45,940 nt of DNA from an uncultured Microcoleus sp. GTDB lineage: Bacteria > Cyanobacteriota > Cyanobacteriia > Cyanobacteriales > FACHB-T130. The position numbers were made by a program, and so were the translations under genes. The stretch lies in contig CAZZWA010000003.1 of the NCBI GenBank assembly GCA_964657555.1, forward strand, positions 1 to 45,940. Reading direction: 5' to 3'. The stretch's first letter is position 1. Each line of letters begins with the position of its first letter. The notes under the pieces are model-generated. The model was given only the letters and a program-made list of their open reading frames with translations. It was not told the DNA's origin and searched no databases. This document shows, piece after piece, positions 24,475 to 33,744 of the stretch.

Positions 24475-24482
24475 AAGTGGTA

Positions 24483-24511
24483 ATAGGTAATTTCAATAAC
24501 TAATTACCTAT
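24483..24511. terminator. Hairpin between convergent genes (possible bidirectional terminator; no U-tract)
   Basis: Perfect 10-bp inverted repeat ataggtaatt (24483-24492) / aattacctat (24502-24511) with a 9-nt loop. Confidence 0.45.
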
Positions 24512-24535
24512 CATCAATGATCAAAATAATTCCCT

Positions 24536-26137
24536 TTAGGGGGAAGAAGGAGCAGATCGATCTTCACTTTTCTCTTCCTGAGAGGCATCTGAAATATTAC
24601 CAGATGATTCAGATGGTTTGCCGCCTACATTACGCACATTAACAACTTTACCGAGCAGATCAAACCAAAATGGGGCACCCATAGAAATGGCGATGCCAGT
24701 CATAACCCAACCCAAAGGTTTTGCTAGCCAGGAAAAAGACCATTTATCTCCTCTACCCATATTAATTTTCCATTCTTCAGCCTCCTCTTCCTGTTGATTT
24801 AAATTGTTCTGACTTCTGCCAATAGGAACAGGAACACCATCTAAAGCTTCATTCACGTCCCTAAGATCTTTGATGTTGCTAGATGCTGTAGCCGCACCTG
24901 CACGTTGAGTAATTACAGTGCGCAAGCTGGGATTTTTTGCCAGTCTGGCAATAATGTGAAATGAATCAGCATTAGCAGCCCAAGCAAGCAAGATACCAAT
25001 CAAAATAGCGATTCCCTTAGCATTGCGCTTATAGACACCAGAAGCTCTATCCATAGAACTATCGAACCAGTGTTGAACTTCTAGGCGCAGTTGATTAAGA
25101 TCTTCCTCTGTATGGCGAATCTTTACTGTAGCCCGCTTAGCCAGTAGATGAAGACTGTCTATGACAGAGTCAGGTAATGCCTCAATTTCATCTCCAATTT
25201 CTTGATAAATATCCCGAAATTTTTGATGGTTTGGACTATCTTCGTTTTTGGCTTGTTTGATTTGTTTGTATGTTTGTATAGTTTCAACTAAACTCGGTCT
25301 TAATTCTTGTTTTAGGACTTGTTTTTCACGTTTTTCGCTTGTAGGCGTACTGCCAAAAATATCTTGTTTTAAGGAATTTGCTTGATTAAAAAAACTTGTT
25401 CTTACACTACTGTACTGTTCATCTTTGGGAAAGTGAGATTCAGAATTTACTAGGTATATATTCAGTTTCTCTGCCAGCCTTTCAATAGTCGTTAATAAAG
25501 TAGCTTTTTCACTTTTAAAATCACCGCAGATTTTATCAAAATCTCTTTGTAATTTATCAAAATCTTTTTTAAGCTCGTCTAAAAATTGATGCTCATTATT
25601 ACTTACATTTTTTTCTAGGTTTTCTAAAATAGTTTGGATTTCTTTGAGTAATCTATTATCTTTAAAGTCAATCAGCTTTAATTCGCTTAATTTTTGCCTC
25701 ACAACACTAAAGTGTACAGTGTCTAATAGAGTACTTGCAAATGTTTCCGAAGGAATATAAGAAGGGCCAGTAGTCTTTTTGCCTCCAAAAACACTTTCAA
25801 TTCTTTGAGAGCCAGTTCTCGATCCTACTATTGAACGATATAAGGAACCAATTCCCCAAGTAATTTGGCGAGGAAGTCTTACCAATGTTCCTTTGGCCTC
25901 TTGATTAATGTTAGTAATCAAAGGATTGCTATAAAGTTTATTAGCTAAATCGATAGCTTTTTGTTCTTGATTATCAGTATCACCAGATAAAAGAACTTCA
26001 ACAGATTTTTTTAAATGTTCGGCTCTCCACTGGAAAAGTGTAGCTATAAGTTCCTGAAGTTCTGATGCCAGGAGACTCATGGTTAAATAGACAAAAATTA
26101 AGCCAATGATAATGTCCAGAATAAAAGGTAGGTTCAT
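24536..26137 (-). CDS. Membrane protein with an N-terminal TM, a long K/E/Q-rich coiled-coil region, two C-terminal TMs and an acidic tail; function unknown
   Basis: 533-aa ORF. N-terminus MNLPFILDIIIGLIFVYLTMSLLASELQELIATLFQWRAEHLKK. Later TMs are GIAILIGILLAWAA and LGWVMTGIAISMGAPFWFDLLG. It is visibly more AT-rich than its neighbours. Confidence 0.75.
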   Translation of the reverse strand: MNLPFILDIIIGLIFVYLTMSLLASELQELIATLFQWRAEHLKKSVEVLLSGDTDNQEQKAIDLANKLYSNPLITNINQEAKGTLVRLPRQITWGIGSLYRSIVGSRTGSQRIESVFGGKKTTGPSYIPSETFASTLLDTVHFSVVRQKLSELKLIDFKDNRLLKEIQTILENLEKNVSNNEHQFLDELKKDFDKLQRDFDKICGDFKSEKATLLTTIERLAEKLNIYLVNSESHFPKDEQYSSVRTSFFNQANSLKQDIFGSTPTSEKREKQVLKQELRPSLVETIQTYKQIKQAKNEDSPNHQKFRDIYQEIGDEIEALPDSVIDSLHLLAKRATVKIRHTEEDLNQLRLEVQHWFDSSMDRASGVYKRNAKGIAILIGILLAWAANADSFHIIARLAKNPSLRTVITQRAGAATASSNIKDLRDVNEALDGVPVPIGRSQNNLNQQEEEAEEWKINMGRGDKWSFSWLAKPLGWVMTGIAISMGAPFWFDLLGKVVNVRNVGGKPSESSGNISDASQEEKSEDRSAPSSP

Positions 26138-26523
26138 GGATATTAGTTCGCTCTTGCAAACGTGAGTGGTAGAGCAGTAAGATTATATGCTAGTCTATAT
26201 TGGCAGGTTGTTAAGCTTATTTAAAAATTTAAATAAATTTAAAAACAGAACCACCTGTTACTAGGAGTCCGTATTACAGATAAATGGCTGCTGATTGTTT
26301 AGGTTTGAATTTAATTCACAAGTGTTGCAGGCGGCCTTGCCACATTCCCTTTACGAGATGTAACAAGGCAAGCTCAGCGTAGCATCCTGTCACAAATCGT
26401 TGTGCTTGCCTAAGGGTATGCCGTTCGCTAGGCGACAAAGTAGGCTAGCGGCGTAGCAGGAAATGCAGTAACTTATCAATTCTTTGTGTAACCTATCTAA
26501 AAATCAAAATAATTGTCCGGAGT

Positions 26524-28158
26524 ATGGACTATCAAACTTTTGCTAGTGGCGGTTCAAAAAAGAGGATTCGAGTCCGCGAATCTTGGGTTGACATTTTATG
26601 GGTATTGGGGTTATTACTGGCTGCTGTTGTTCTGTTTGGGATCAAGTTGGGCAATCTGGCTTTACGAGATTGGGATGAAGGAACCGTTGCCCAAGTTGCC
26701 CGCGAGATTTGGCAGGCCTCACCTGGATCTTTGAGGTGGCTTTACCCGACCCTCGGGGGTGAACCCTATTTGAATAAGCCACCTTTAGTACATTTACTAA
26801 TAGCCAGTACTTACGCCATATGCGGCGTAAATGAATGGACATCCCGCCTACCGGGGGCAATGTTAACTGCTGTCTCTGTGCCACTACTATATGGCATAGG
26901 TCGCGAACTATTCCCACAACGAAAGAGTGCCATTTGCGCAGCTTTGATTTACCTAACTCTGTTGCCAGTTGTGCGCTTGGGACGTTTGGCGATGCTGGAT
27001 GGGCCAGTGCTGTGCTTCGGCATGTTGATGATGTGGTGCGTGTTGCGCAGCCGTCGCGACTTGCGCTATTGCTTGGGAGTCGGTATGGGGTTCGGGTTGA
27101 TTTGCCTTACCAAAGGCATTATGGGGTTGTTGCTTTTAGCGATCGCTCTTTTGTTTCTCTTCTGGGACACCCCCAGACTGCTCACCTCCAGGTATTTGTG
27201 GACGGGACTGCTGACTGGCAGTGCCCCGGTTGCGGTCTGGTATGCTGCCCAGTGGTTGCACTACGGGAAGATTTTCATCAGCACTGGACTTGTTGGGCAG
27301 TCCTTAAAGCGAATTTGGACACCAGTAGAAAATCACAGTGGCCCTCCTTGGTACTACTTACTAGAGATATTAAAATACGCATGGCCTTGGTTGCTTGTCT
27401 GGCCTCAAGGGTTGCGGCTGGCTTGGGAAAACCGCCATTGGGGTTGGGCAAAGCTGGCATTGCTCTGGACTGGGATCTATCTCGTTGCTATTTCAGTGAT
27501 GGGAACCAAACTGCCCTGGTATGTCTTACCAGTTTATCCAGCAGTGGCTTTAATCGGGGGGGCTCAGCTTGCTGAAGTTTGGAATCTGCCAAGCAACCAA
27601 TCTTATCCCCGCGCTTGGGTTGCCGGTTTGGTTGCTCTGGGTCTGGGAGCTTTTGCCAGTTGCCTTTACGTTGCCAGACTCGGCCCCATAATTGACTGGC
27701 ATTTGCCGGTAATTTTGGCATCAGCAGCTATAACTATGCTTATAGCCGCAGTCCTGGTTGCCCAAAGAGATCTACAGTTTATGTCCATTCTCTTTTGGGG
27801 TACCTATGTTTCCCTGTTGCTATTTGTATCGTCCCCTTTCTGGGTTTGGGAGTTAAAAGAAGCCTATCCTGTTAAACCTGTGGCTGAGCTGATCGCACAA
27901 TATACGCCACCTGGGGAGAAAGTATACACCTCTTTTAAGTACGCTCGTCCTTCCCTGAATTTTTACAGCGAGCATCGGGTGATCCCGGCCTCTTATCTAG
28001 AGCTTAAGGAACTCTGGGAGCAAAAAACTTCTCCCTACTTGCTACTTGACAAGTCTGCTCTCATCCAGTTGAGTTTAAAGTCGGCTAAACAGGTTGGTAG
28101 TGCCGTTAGCTGGATGCTAGTCACTAAGGAGCCTTCAGCAGAAGGGGCGAGGCAGTGA
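26524..28158 (+). CDS. GT39/ArnT-like (PMT_2) membrane glycosyltransferase
   Basis: RDWDEGTVAQVAREI and LNKPPLVHLLIA lie in the first loop region. The protein has about 11 TM helices, as is typical of 4-amino-4-deoxy-L-arabinose / dolichyl-phosphate-mannose transferase-like enzymes. Confidence 0.8.
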   Translation: MDYQTFASGGSKKRIRVRESWVDILWVLGLLLAAVVLFGIKLGNLALRDWDEGTVAQVAREIWQASPGSLRWLYPTLGGEPYLNKPPLVHLLIASTYAICGVNEWTSRLPGAMLTAVSVPLLYGIGRELFPQRKSAICAALIYLTLLPVVRLGRLAMLDGPVLCFGMLMMWCVLRSRRDLRYCLGVGMGFGLICLTKGIMGLLLLAIALLFLFWDTPRLLTSRYLWTGLLTGSAPVAVWYAAQWLHYGKIFISTGLVGQSLKRIWTPVENHSGPPWYYLLEILKYAWPWLLVWPQGLRLAWENRHWGWAKLALLWTGIYLVAISVMGTKLPWYVLPVYPAVALIGGAQLAEVWNLPSNQSYPRAWVAGLVALGLGAFASCLYVARLGPIIDWHLPVILASAAITMLIAAVLVAQRDLQFMSILFWGTYVSLLLFVSSPFWVWELKEAYPVKPVAELIAQYTPPGEKVYTSFKYARPSLNFYSEHRVIPASYLELKELWEQKTSPYLLLDKSALIQLSLKSAKQVGSAVSWMLVTKEPSAEGARQ

Positions 28159-28308
28159 GGAGGTATGGACTGTGAGCTTCTCCTATCAGTCCAACTATAA
28201 GAAATAAATTGTAGATCTGACTTGCCGTATTCCTTACGTATCAAGCACAATGAAGATCATCAACAAAAATTAATAATATTAATAATATTTTCTTCTAGCT
28301 GCTTCTCA

Positions 28309-30207
28309 ATGACCGCCACTCACACCCTGGATGTGCTAGTTTCCAACACATCCGCACCCGCTCGCGCTCCTTCCCCTCTGATTAGAGTTCTCAACCACCT
28401 ACAACCCTCATCAGAAACCGTTGCCCTGCTATTAGCCATCCTTATTGGTACTGGCACAGGTATGGGCGTAGTTACATTTCACTACTTAATCCATACAATC
28501 CACGGCTTGATGCTAGAGGATGTAATAGAGGTAATTTCCAGTTGGGGAACTTGGACTCTAGCCTGCATTCCCATCTTGGGAGGACTGATCGTTGGGTTAA
28601 TGCGCCTTGTTTGGCCCGACTTTGGCCCTAGCATGTCCTCCATGATTGCTGCTGCTCAAGGTGTGCGAGAATTGTTACCCATGCGACCAGTCGCCAAGAT
28701 GGTAGCTGCTGCGGTGTCACTGGGCACTGGTGCATCCTTAGGACCTGAAGGCCCTAGTGTAGAGATTGGGGCAAATTTTGGCATGTTGCTGGGTCAGATA
28801 CTGCAAGTCTCCAGAGAGCGGCAGCAGCTACTCCTAGGAGCTGGTGCCGCTGCTGGCTTGGCCGCCGGATTTAACGCTCCGATTGCTGGTGTTTTCTTTG
28901 CCCTAGAAATTGTACTGGGAACTACGTTTGCCACTTCATCTGTGAGCGTCTTGCTACTAGCAGCAGTCGTGGCAGCTTTGATTGCTCAGATCGGTTTAGG
29001 GGGTCAACCAGCTTTCGCCCTTCCAGTCTATGAAGTCCGCAGCCCATGGGAATTGCCACTATACATGGGTTTAGGCGTGTTGGCTAGTTTAGTGTCCCTT
29101 ACTTATACTCAATCGAATCAGCTGGCGCGGCGTTGCTTTCAAGGACAAATTCCCGGATTGGGTTGGCTTGAGGCCATACCGCAACCAGTAAAGCCGATCA
29201 TTGGAGGTGCCTGCGTGGGTTTGGTGGCTTTGCATTGGCCCCAAATTATGGGTATTGGCTACGAGACAATCCAAGCTATGCTCCAGGATGTTGAGTTTTC
29301 TTTGCAGCTATTGGTAATTCTGCTAGTACTTAAGCTGGTAGTAACAGCAATTAGCTTGGGCAGCGGTCTAGTGGGCGGCGTCTTTGCACCAGCAATGTTC
29401 CTAGGTGCTTCTCTAGGAGCAGTGTACGGAAAAGCTCTAGCCATGCTACCAGTGTTAAGCGTCTATATGGCGGCACCACCTGCTTATGCAATGGTGGGCA
29501 TGGCAGCAGTTCTCGCTGGTAGCGCTAGGGCTCCTCTAACCGCGATTCTGCTGATGTTTGAGCTGACCCGAGACTACCGGATTGTTTTGCCGTTGATGGC
29601 TGCTGTGAGTCTTTCTGTCTGGCTGGTAGAGCTGTTAAAGTCCAAGCCAGTCAATAGGAATCTCCAACTTTCTCTAGACCTCAATGTTGAAAAAGACAAG
29701 AATCTGGAAATTTTGAAGCAAATGCCTGTAGCTGAGGCAATGTATCAGCCAGTTGTGATGCTAAATAGTTCTATGCCTGTGTTAGAAGCTGGTCTGCTAT
29801 TGACGACTAGTCAATGTCGCAGTGCTTTAGTAGTTGATGATGGCGAACAGCTAATTGGTATTGTGACTCTACAAGACATCAACCGAGCGATTGCACGAAC
29901 AGAAGCAGACTCCTTGGCCTATAACTTAGCTGAGCAGCCACTTGCCGATATCTGCACAACAGAGCTTTTGTATGCGAATCCGAATGAACCAGTGGCTGAT
30001 GCCCTAGAGCGCATGGCGACACGGGGACTTCACCAGCTACCAGTGGTTGATCCAGACAATCACCACCACGCTTTGGGGGTGCTGGAACGAGAAGGCATTG
30101 CATTGGCATGTAGCGTGACAGGAACACGCCAAGCGCTGCTTCGCTATCTTTCTTTTGCACCAGTGCCTCAAGAATTATCTTTACCGAAACTTAAGCAACC
30201 TGCTTGA
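28309..30207 (+). CDS. ClC-family chloride channel/transporter with a C-terminal CBS-domain pair
   Basis: GASLGPEGPSVEIG, GFNAPIAGVFFALE and GLVGGVFAPAMFLGA. CBS-like segments (IGIVTLQDINRA, HQLPVVD). The track starts at TTG 28222; the ATG at 28309 (MTATHTLD) is preferred. Confidence 0.88.
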   Translation: MTATHTLDVLVSNTSAPARAPSPLIRVLNHLQPSSETVALLLAILIGTGTGMGVVTFHYLIHTIHGLMLEDVIEVISSWGTWTLACIPILGGLIVGLMRLVWPDFGPSMSSMIAAAQGVRELLPMRPVAKMVAAAVSLGTGASLGPEGPSVEIGANFGMLLGQILQVSRERQQLLLGAGAAAGLAAGFNAPIAGVFFALEIVLGTTFATSSVSVLLLAAVVAALIAQIGLGGQPAFALPVYEVRSPWELPLYMGLGVLASLVSLTYTQSNQLARRCFQGQIPGLGWLEAIPQPVKPIIGGACVGLVALHWPQIMGIGYETIQAMLQDVEFSLQLLVILLVLKLVVTAISLGSGLVGGVFAPAMFLGASLGAVYGKALAMLPVLSVYMAAPPAYAMVGMAAVLAGSARAPLTAILLMFELTRDYRIVLPLMAAVSLSVWLVELLKSKPVNRNLQLSLDLNVEKDKNLEILKQMPVAEAMYQPVVMLNSSMPVLEAGLLLTTSQCRSALVVDDGEQLIGIVTLQDINRAIARTEADSLAYNLAEQPLADICTTELLYANPNEPVADALERMATRGLHQLPVVDPDNHHHALGVLEREGIALACSVTGTRQALLRYLSFAPVPQELSLPKLKQPA

Positions 30208-30350
30208 ACAGTGTTATTGTGGCTTTTCAACAGACTGTGCTTTTTGAGTCAAAACTATTACTTTGTGCTACTTTGGGCCGCTTTTAGGGAATTTTATAAA
30301 TAAGTCCTCTAAGACTTGTCAAATCGTTTTCGGTGACATCAGACCTGTTT

Positions 30351-30399
30351 GGGTTGAGATTGGGGATACTAGGCTCCTCCTAGTCCCTAGTCTCAACCT
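30351..30399 (+). promoter_or_regulatory. Extended hairpin in the hybrid-kinase leader whose apex is complementary to the downstream SD
   Basis: Outer stem ggttgaga (30352-30359) / tctcaacc (30391-30398). Inner stem actagg (30368-30373) / cctagt (30379-30384). gctcctcct (30373-30381) is the perfect reverse complement of aggaggagc (30468-30476), which is the RBS of the ATG at 30484. Confidence 0.5.
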
Positions 30400-30483
30400 A
30401 GATGTAATATCTGAAGCGGATTTAAGCTCAGTCAGTTAGGGCCAGAGGCTAGGGGACAAAGGATTGAAGAAGGAGCTGGTTTC

Positions 30484-32403
30484 ATGAGTATACCGCTGCG
30501 ACTGTTGTTGGTCGAAGACTCAGAAGACGACATCTTGTTGATCATGCGCGAACTGCGACGCGGCGGCTACAACTTGATACATGAGCGGGTGGATACTGAT
30601 GTTGCCCTAAAAATTGCACTCCAGAGGCAGCAATGGGATATGATCATTGCTGATTACGCCATGCCACAGTTTAGTGGAATTGCTGCGTTGCACCTGTTAA
30701 AAAAAGAGGGGCTTGACCTGCCTTTTATTATTGTGTCAGGTACGATTGGGGAAGATGTTGCCGTGGCGGCAATGAAAGCTGGTGCTCATGACTACCTTCA
30801 GAAAGACAATCTGGCAAGACTTGTTCCTGCTGTGGAACGTGAGTTGCGCGAGGCAATGGTTAGGCGAGAGCGTGCCGCTGCTTTTGAGTACATTCGAGAA
30901 CAAGCTGCCCTGCTCGACGTGGCACAAGATGCAATCATCGTCCAGGATTTAGCGGGCCATATCTGCTATTGGAATAAAAGTGCTGAGCGCTTGTATGGTT
31001 GGACGGCAAGGGAAGCGATTGGACAAAAAGCGTCTGAACTAATGTTTGCTAACGTTTCTTCCGAGCCTTTACCCTTCACTTCCGAATCCACTCTCCTGAT
31101 TCACAAAGGAGAGTGGCAAGGGGAGTTCTATCAGGTGACAAAAGGCTCTCAGGAGATCATCGTCGAAAGCCGCTGGAAATTGATGCGAGATGCAGATGGG
31201 CAACCCAAATCTATTCTCGTTGTTAATACAGACATTACACAGAAAAAACAACTGGAAAGACAATTTCTGCGCACACAGCGGCTGGAAAGCATTGGTACGC
31301 TAGCTGGTGGCATAGCTCATGATCTGAATAATGTGCTCGCCCCTATTCTGATGGGGTTGGAAATCATCAAAATGAGACTTCCTGACCCTGAGAGCCAGGA
31401 ACTTCTGACCACACTAGAATCAAGTACTAAACGCGGTGCAGATATCGTCAGACAAATCCTGGCTTTCGCTAGAGGTCTGGAAGGGAAGCATGCCAATCTA
31501 CAGGTAAAGCATCTCGTTCAAGAAATCGTGCAGATGGCCAAGGAGACATTTCCCAAATCTATTGAAATTGTAGTCCAAACTCCGAAGGATCTCTGGGTCA
31601 TCTCTGGTGATGGGACTCAATTACAGCAAGTACTGTTAAACCTGTGCGTAAATGCTCGCGATGCCATGCCCAATGGTGGCACGTTGAAGATCGAGACGGA
31701 AAATGTATGGCTTGACGAGTACTATGCTTGTATGAATCTGGAGGCGAAAGCCGGACCTTATGTGGTGCTTACAGTGTCGGATAACGGCACAGGGATTTCT
31801 CCGGAGCTGATCAATAAAATTTTTGAACCGTTTTTCACTACAAAACCGATTGGCCAAGGAACCGGACTTGGCCTCTCTACAGCTATAGCTATTGTGAGAA
31901 GCCACGGTGGGTTTGTCAAGGTTTACAGTGAGATGGGAAAAGGCACTAGCTTTAAGGTTTATTTGCCAACAGCTGCGATCAATGAACTAGATCAACTGGA
32001 AGTAGAAGAAGACGACATGCCTTCTGGAGGTGGAGAATTAGTTCTCGTAGTCGATGACGAAGCCTCAATCCGCGATATCGCTAAACAGACCCTGGAAACC
32101 TTTGGCTATAGGGTGATGACAGCAGATGATGGCACGGATGCCGTCGCCTTGTATGTGCAGCACAAAGACGAAATTCGGGTGGCCATAGTCGATATGAAAA
32201 TGCCAATTATGGATGGATTCTCGACAATCCGAGCTTTGCGAAAAATCAACCCTCAGTTGAAGATTATTGCTGCTAGTGGCCTGACTTTTGGGGACAAATC
32301 GGGTGCAGAGTCCGCTAGCTTCAACGCTCAGGCAGTTTTGCCCAAACCATACACAGCAGAGAATTTGCTGAAAACCTTGTACCGAGTTCTTAGTACTTAC
32401 TAG
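30484..32403 (+). CDS. Hybrid sensor histidine kinase (REC-PAS-HisKA-HATPase-REC)
   Basis: REC1 (LLLVEDSEDD, IIADYAMPQFSG). A PAS segment. H-box GGIAHDLNNVLAPI. N/G boxes NARDAM, DNGTGI and GTGLGLS. REC2 (VLVVDDE, AIVDMKMPIMDG). Confidence 0.92.
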   Translation: MSIPLRLLLVEDSEDDILLIMRELRRGGYNLIHERVDTDVALKIALQRQQWDMIIADYAMPQFSGIAALHLLKKEGLDLPFIIVSGTIGEDVAVAAMKAGAHDYLQKDNLARLVPAVERELREAMVRRERAAAFEYIREQAALLDVAQDAIIVQDLAGHICYWNKSAERLYGWTAREAIGQKASELMFANVSSEPLPFTSESTLLIHKGEWQGEFYQVTKGSQEIIVESRWKLMRDADGQPKSILVVNTDITQKKQLERQFLRTQRLESIGTLAGGIAHDLNNVLAPILMGLEIIKMRLPDPESQELLTTLESSTKRGADIVRQILAFARGLEGKHANLQVKHLVQEIVQMAKETFPKSIEIVVQTPKDLWVISGDGTQLQQVLLNLCVNARDAMPNGGTLKIETENVWLDEYYACMNLEAKAGPYVVLTVSDNGTGISPELINKIFEPFFTTKPIGQGTGLGLSTAIAIVRSHGGFVKVYSEMGKGTSFKVYLPTAAINELDQLEVEEDDMPSGGGELVLVVDDEASIRDIAKQTLETFGYRVMTADDGTDAVALYVQHKDEIRVAIVDMKMPIMDGFSTIRALRKINPQLKIIAASGLTFGDKSGAESASFNAQAVLPKPYTAENLLKTLYRVLSTY

Positions 32404-32437
32404 TATATTAAATCAGAGTATAGCAAAATGACTTTTT

Positions 32438-33127
32438 TCACTCCTGACTCTCAAAATGACTCTTCTCTGGCGAAGGTCTGTATCCTCTTTCAAGGGCAAA
32501 GCGAACTAGTTGAGAGCGATTATCTAGCCCTAGTTTGTTAAAGATGCTGCTAAGATGCGCCTGAACTGTGCGCGGACTGATAAACAGGCGATCGCTGATT
32601 TGTTTATTGGTAAATCCCTGAATTGCTTCCCAAAAAACTTTTTCTTCGGCTGGTGTTAAAGATATGGGCAGGGGTTCCCCTTGCCTTACGGATGGAGGAT
32701 CTAACCTAGAGCTAGAAGAAGATTGCTGTAATAACCGTTCAATCTCTGAATGTATCCGGCAGGAACGGTCTAACTGAGCCTTGATTTTGGCCAGCAACTC
32801 CTGTGGATGGAAAGGTTTAATTAAATAATCATCCCCACCCATAAAATGGCCTTCAACCTTAGCATCTAGCTCTCCTTGACCAGATAAGAAGATAAAGGGC
32901 ACTAATTGACCTAAACGACTTGCTCGTAGGCGACGACAAAACTCAAACCCGTCCATTTCTGGCATCAGTACATCAGAAACTACCAGAGCTGGTGGTTCTT
33001 TCTCAAAAACCTCCAGTGCTTCGATGCCAGAGTTCACAGCTTGAACCTGATATCCCTGACTTTCCAGGTAGCTTTTTAAGACTATACGACAGCTTGACTC
33101 ATCATCAACGACCAAAATTCTGCACAT
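32438..33127 (-). CDS. LuxR/NarL-family response regulator (REC plus LuxR-type HTH)
   Basis: ILVVDDE, VVSDVLMPEMDG and KPF, then LTPAEEKVFWEAIQGFTNKQISDRLFISPRTVQAHLSSIFNKLG. Confidence 0.92.
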   Translation of the reverse strand: MCRILVVDDESSCRIVLKSYLESQGYQVQAVNSGIEALEVFEKEPPALVVSDVLMPEMDGFEFCRRLRASRLGQLVPFIFLSGQGELDAKVEGHFMGGDDYLIKPFHPQELLAKIKAQLDRSCRIHSEIERLLQQSSSSSRLDPPSVRQGEPLPISLTPAEEKVFWEAIQGFTNKQISDRLFISPRTVQAHLSSIFNKLGLDNRSQLVRFALERGYRPSPEKSHFESQE

Positions 33128-33339
33128 AAAGTATCTCGACTATTAATGCCAAACTACCGCCACAAGCTCTCAGTGATACCTGCGGGGTTGCTATTTCTTT
33201 TAGAAACGCAACCCTAACGCGTACAACTTTCTATAGCTGGTTGCGGCAGGCGCAGTGAAACATTGGGGATGAAAATCCAACCAATGTTCGGTTCGGTTCA
33301 GCAAGGTATCTACAACTTTTGTAGAGCCAGCCTAGACGT

Positions 33340-33744
33340 TCAGGATGCCTCTGCCTCTGCAAAGTCTTCTTCTTGATCGAGTTGTCGCAGATGAATGTGC
33401 TTGCGACCGAGAGAGATTTCAAATTCATCTCCTGGATTCAAGCCCATCTGTTTAGTATAAGCAGAGCCAATCAGCAGATTTCCGTTAGACTGCACGCTAA
33501 TCCGATAGCTGGCACTACGACCCCCACGCCCATTTCCGTTTTGTTTACCGTCTAACTCAATTCCCTCAGCATCAATTAAGGCGTTCAGAAATTTCATCAT
33601 ATTCACGCGCTCTACACCAGCTTTAGTCATTGTGTAGTAGCCACACGCTCTGGCCTTTTCTTCTTTGCTGAGGTTTTCTAGCTCTTTAACTTTCTCAAGC
33701 AGCGCTTCACCCATTAAAGGATCGATTTTTTTCTTTTTGTTCAT
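33340..33744 (-). CDS. Cyanobacterial AbrB-like transcriptional regulator (cyAbrB/CalA family, C-terminal SpoVT-AbrB domain)
   Basis: 134 aa. N-terminal KKKIDPL..LLEKVKEL.NLSKEEKARACGYY. C-terminal YRISVQSNGNLLIGSAYTKQMGLNPGDEFEISLGRKHIHL. Confidence 0.85.
   Translation of the reverse strand: MNKKKKIDPLMGEALLEKVKELENLSKEEKARACGYYTMTKAGVERVNMMKFLNALIDAEGIELDGKQNGNGRGGRSASYRISVQSNGNLLIGSAYTKQMGLNPGDEFEISLGRKHIHLRQLDQEEDFAEAEAS

Noticed and set aside
26418-26470. Weak resemblance to the glutamine riboswitch (glnA RNA): cgttc ... aagtagg ... aggaaatgc
   Set aside because: The closing helix (CGUUC/GAACG) is not reconstituted and the conserved GGAAGUAGG core has mismatches. The downstream gene is a glycosyltransferase rather than a small gifA/gifB-type ORF.
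26564-26582. tRNA T-arm-like sequence ggattcgagtccgcgaatc
   Set aside because: It lies inside the GT39 coding sequence. No acceptor stem, D-arm or anticodon arm can be built around it. It is just a 6-bp hairpin.
26835-27575. 246-aa ORF in an alternative frame; also 16361-16690, 16718-17176, 35373-35708 and 43599-44051 on the opposite strand or another frame of long genes
   Set aside because: All are fully nested in strongly supported genes (GT39, ndhF, cbiB, chelatase H). Their Arg/Pro/Ser-rich compositions are typical of off-frame translation, and none has a recognisable motif.
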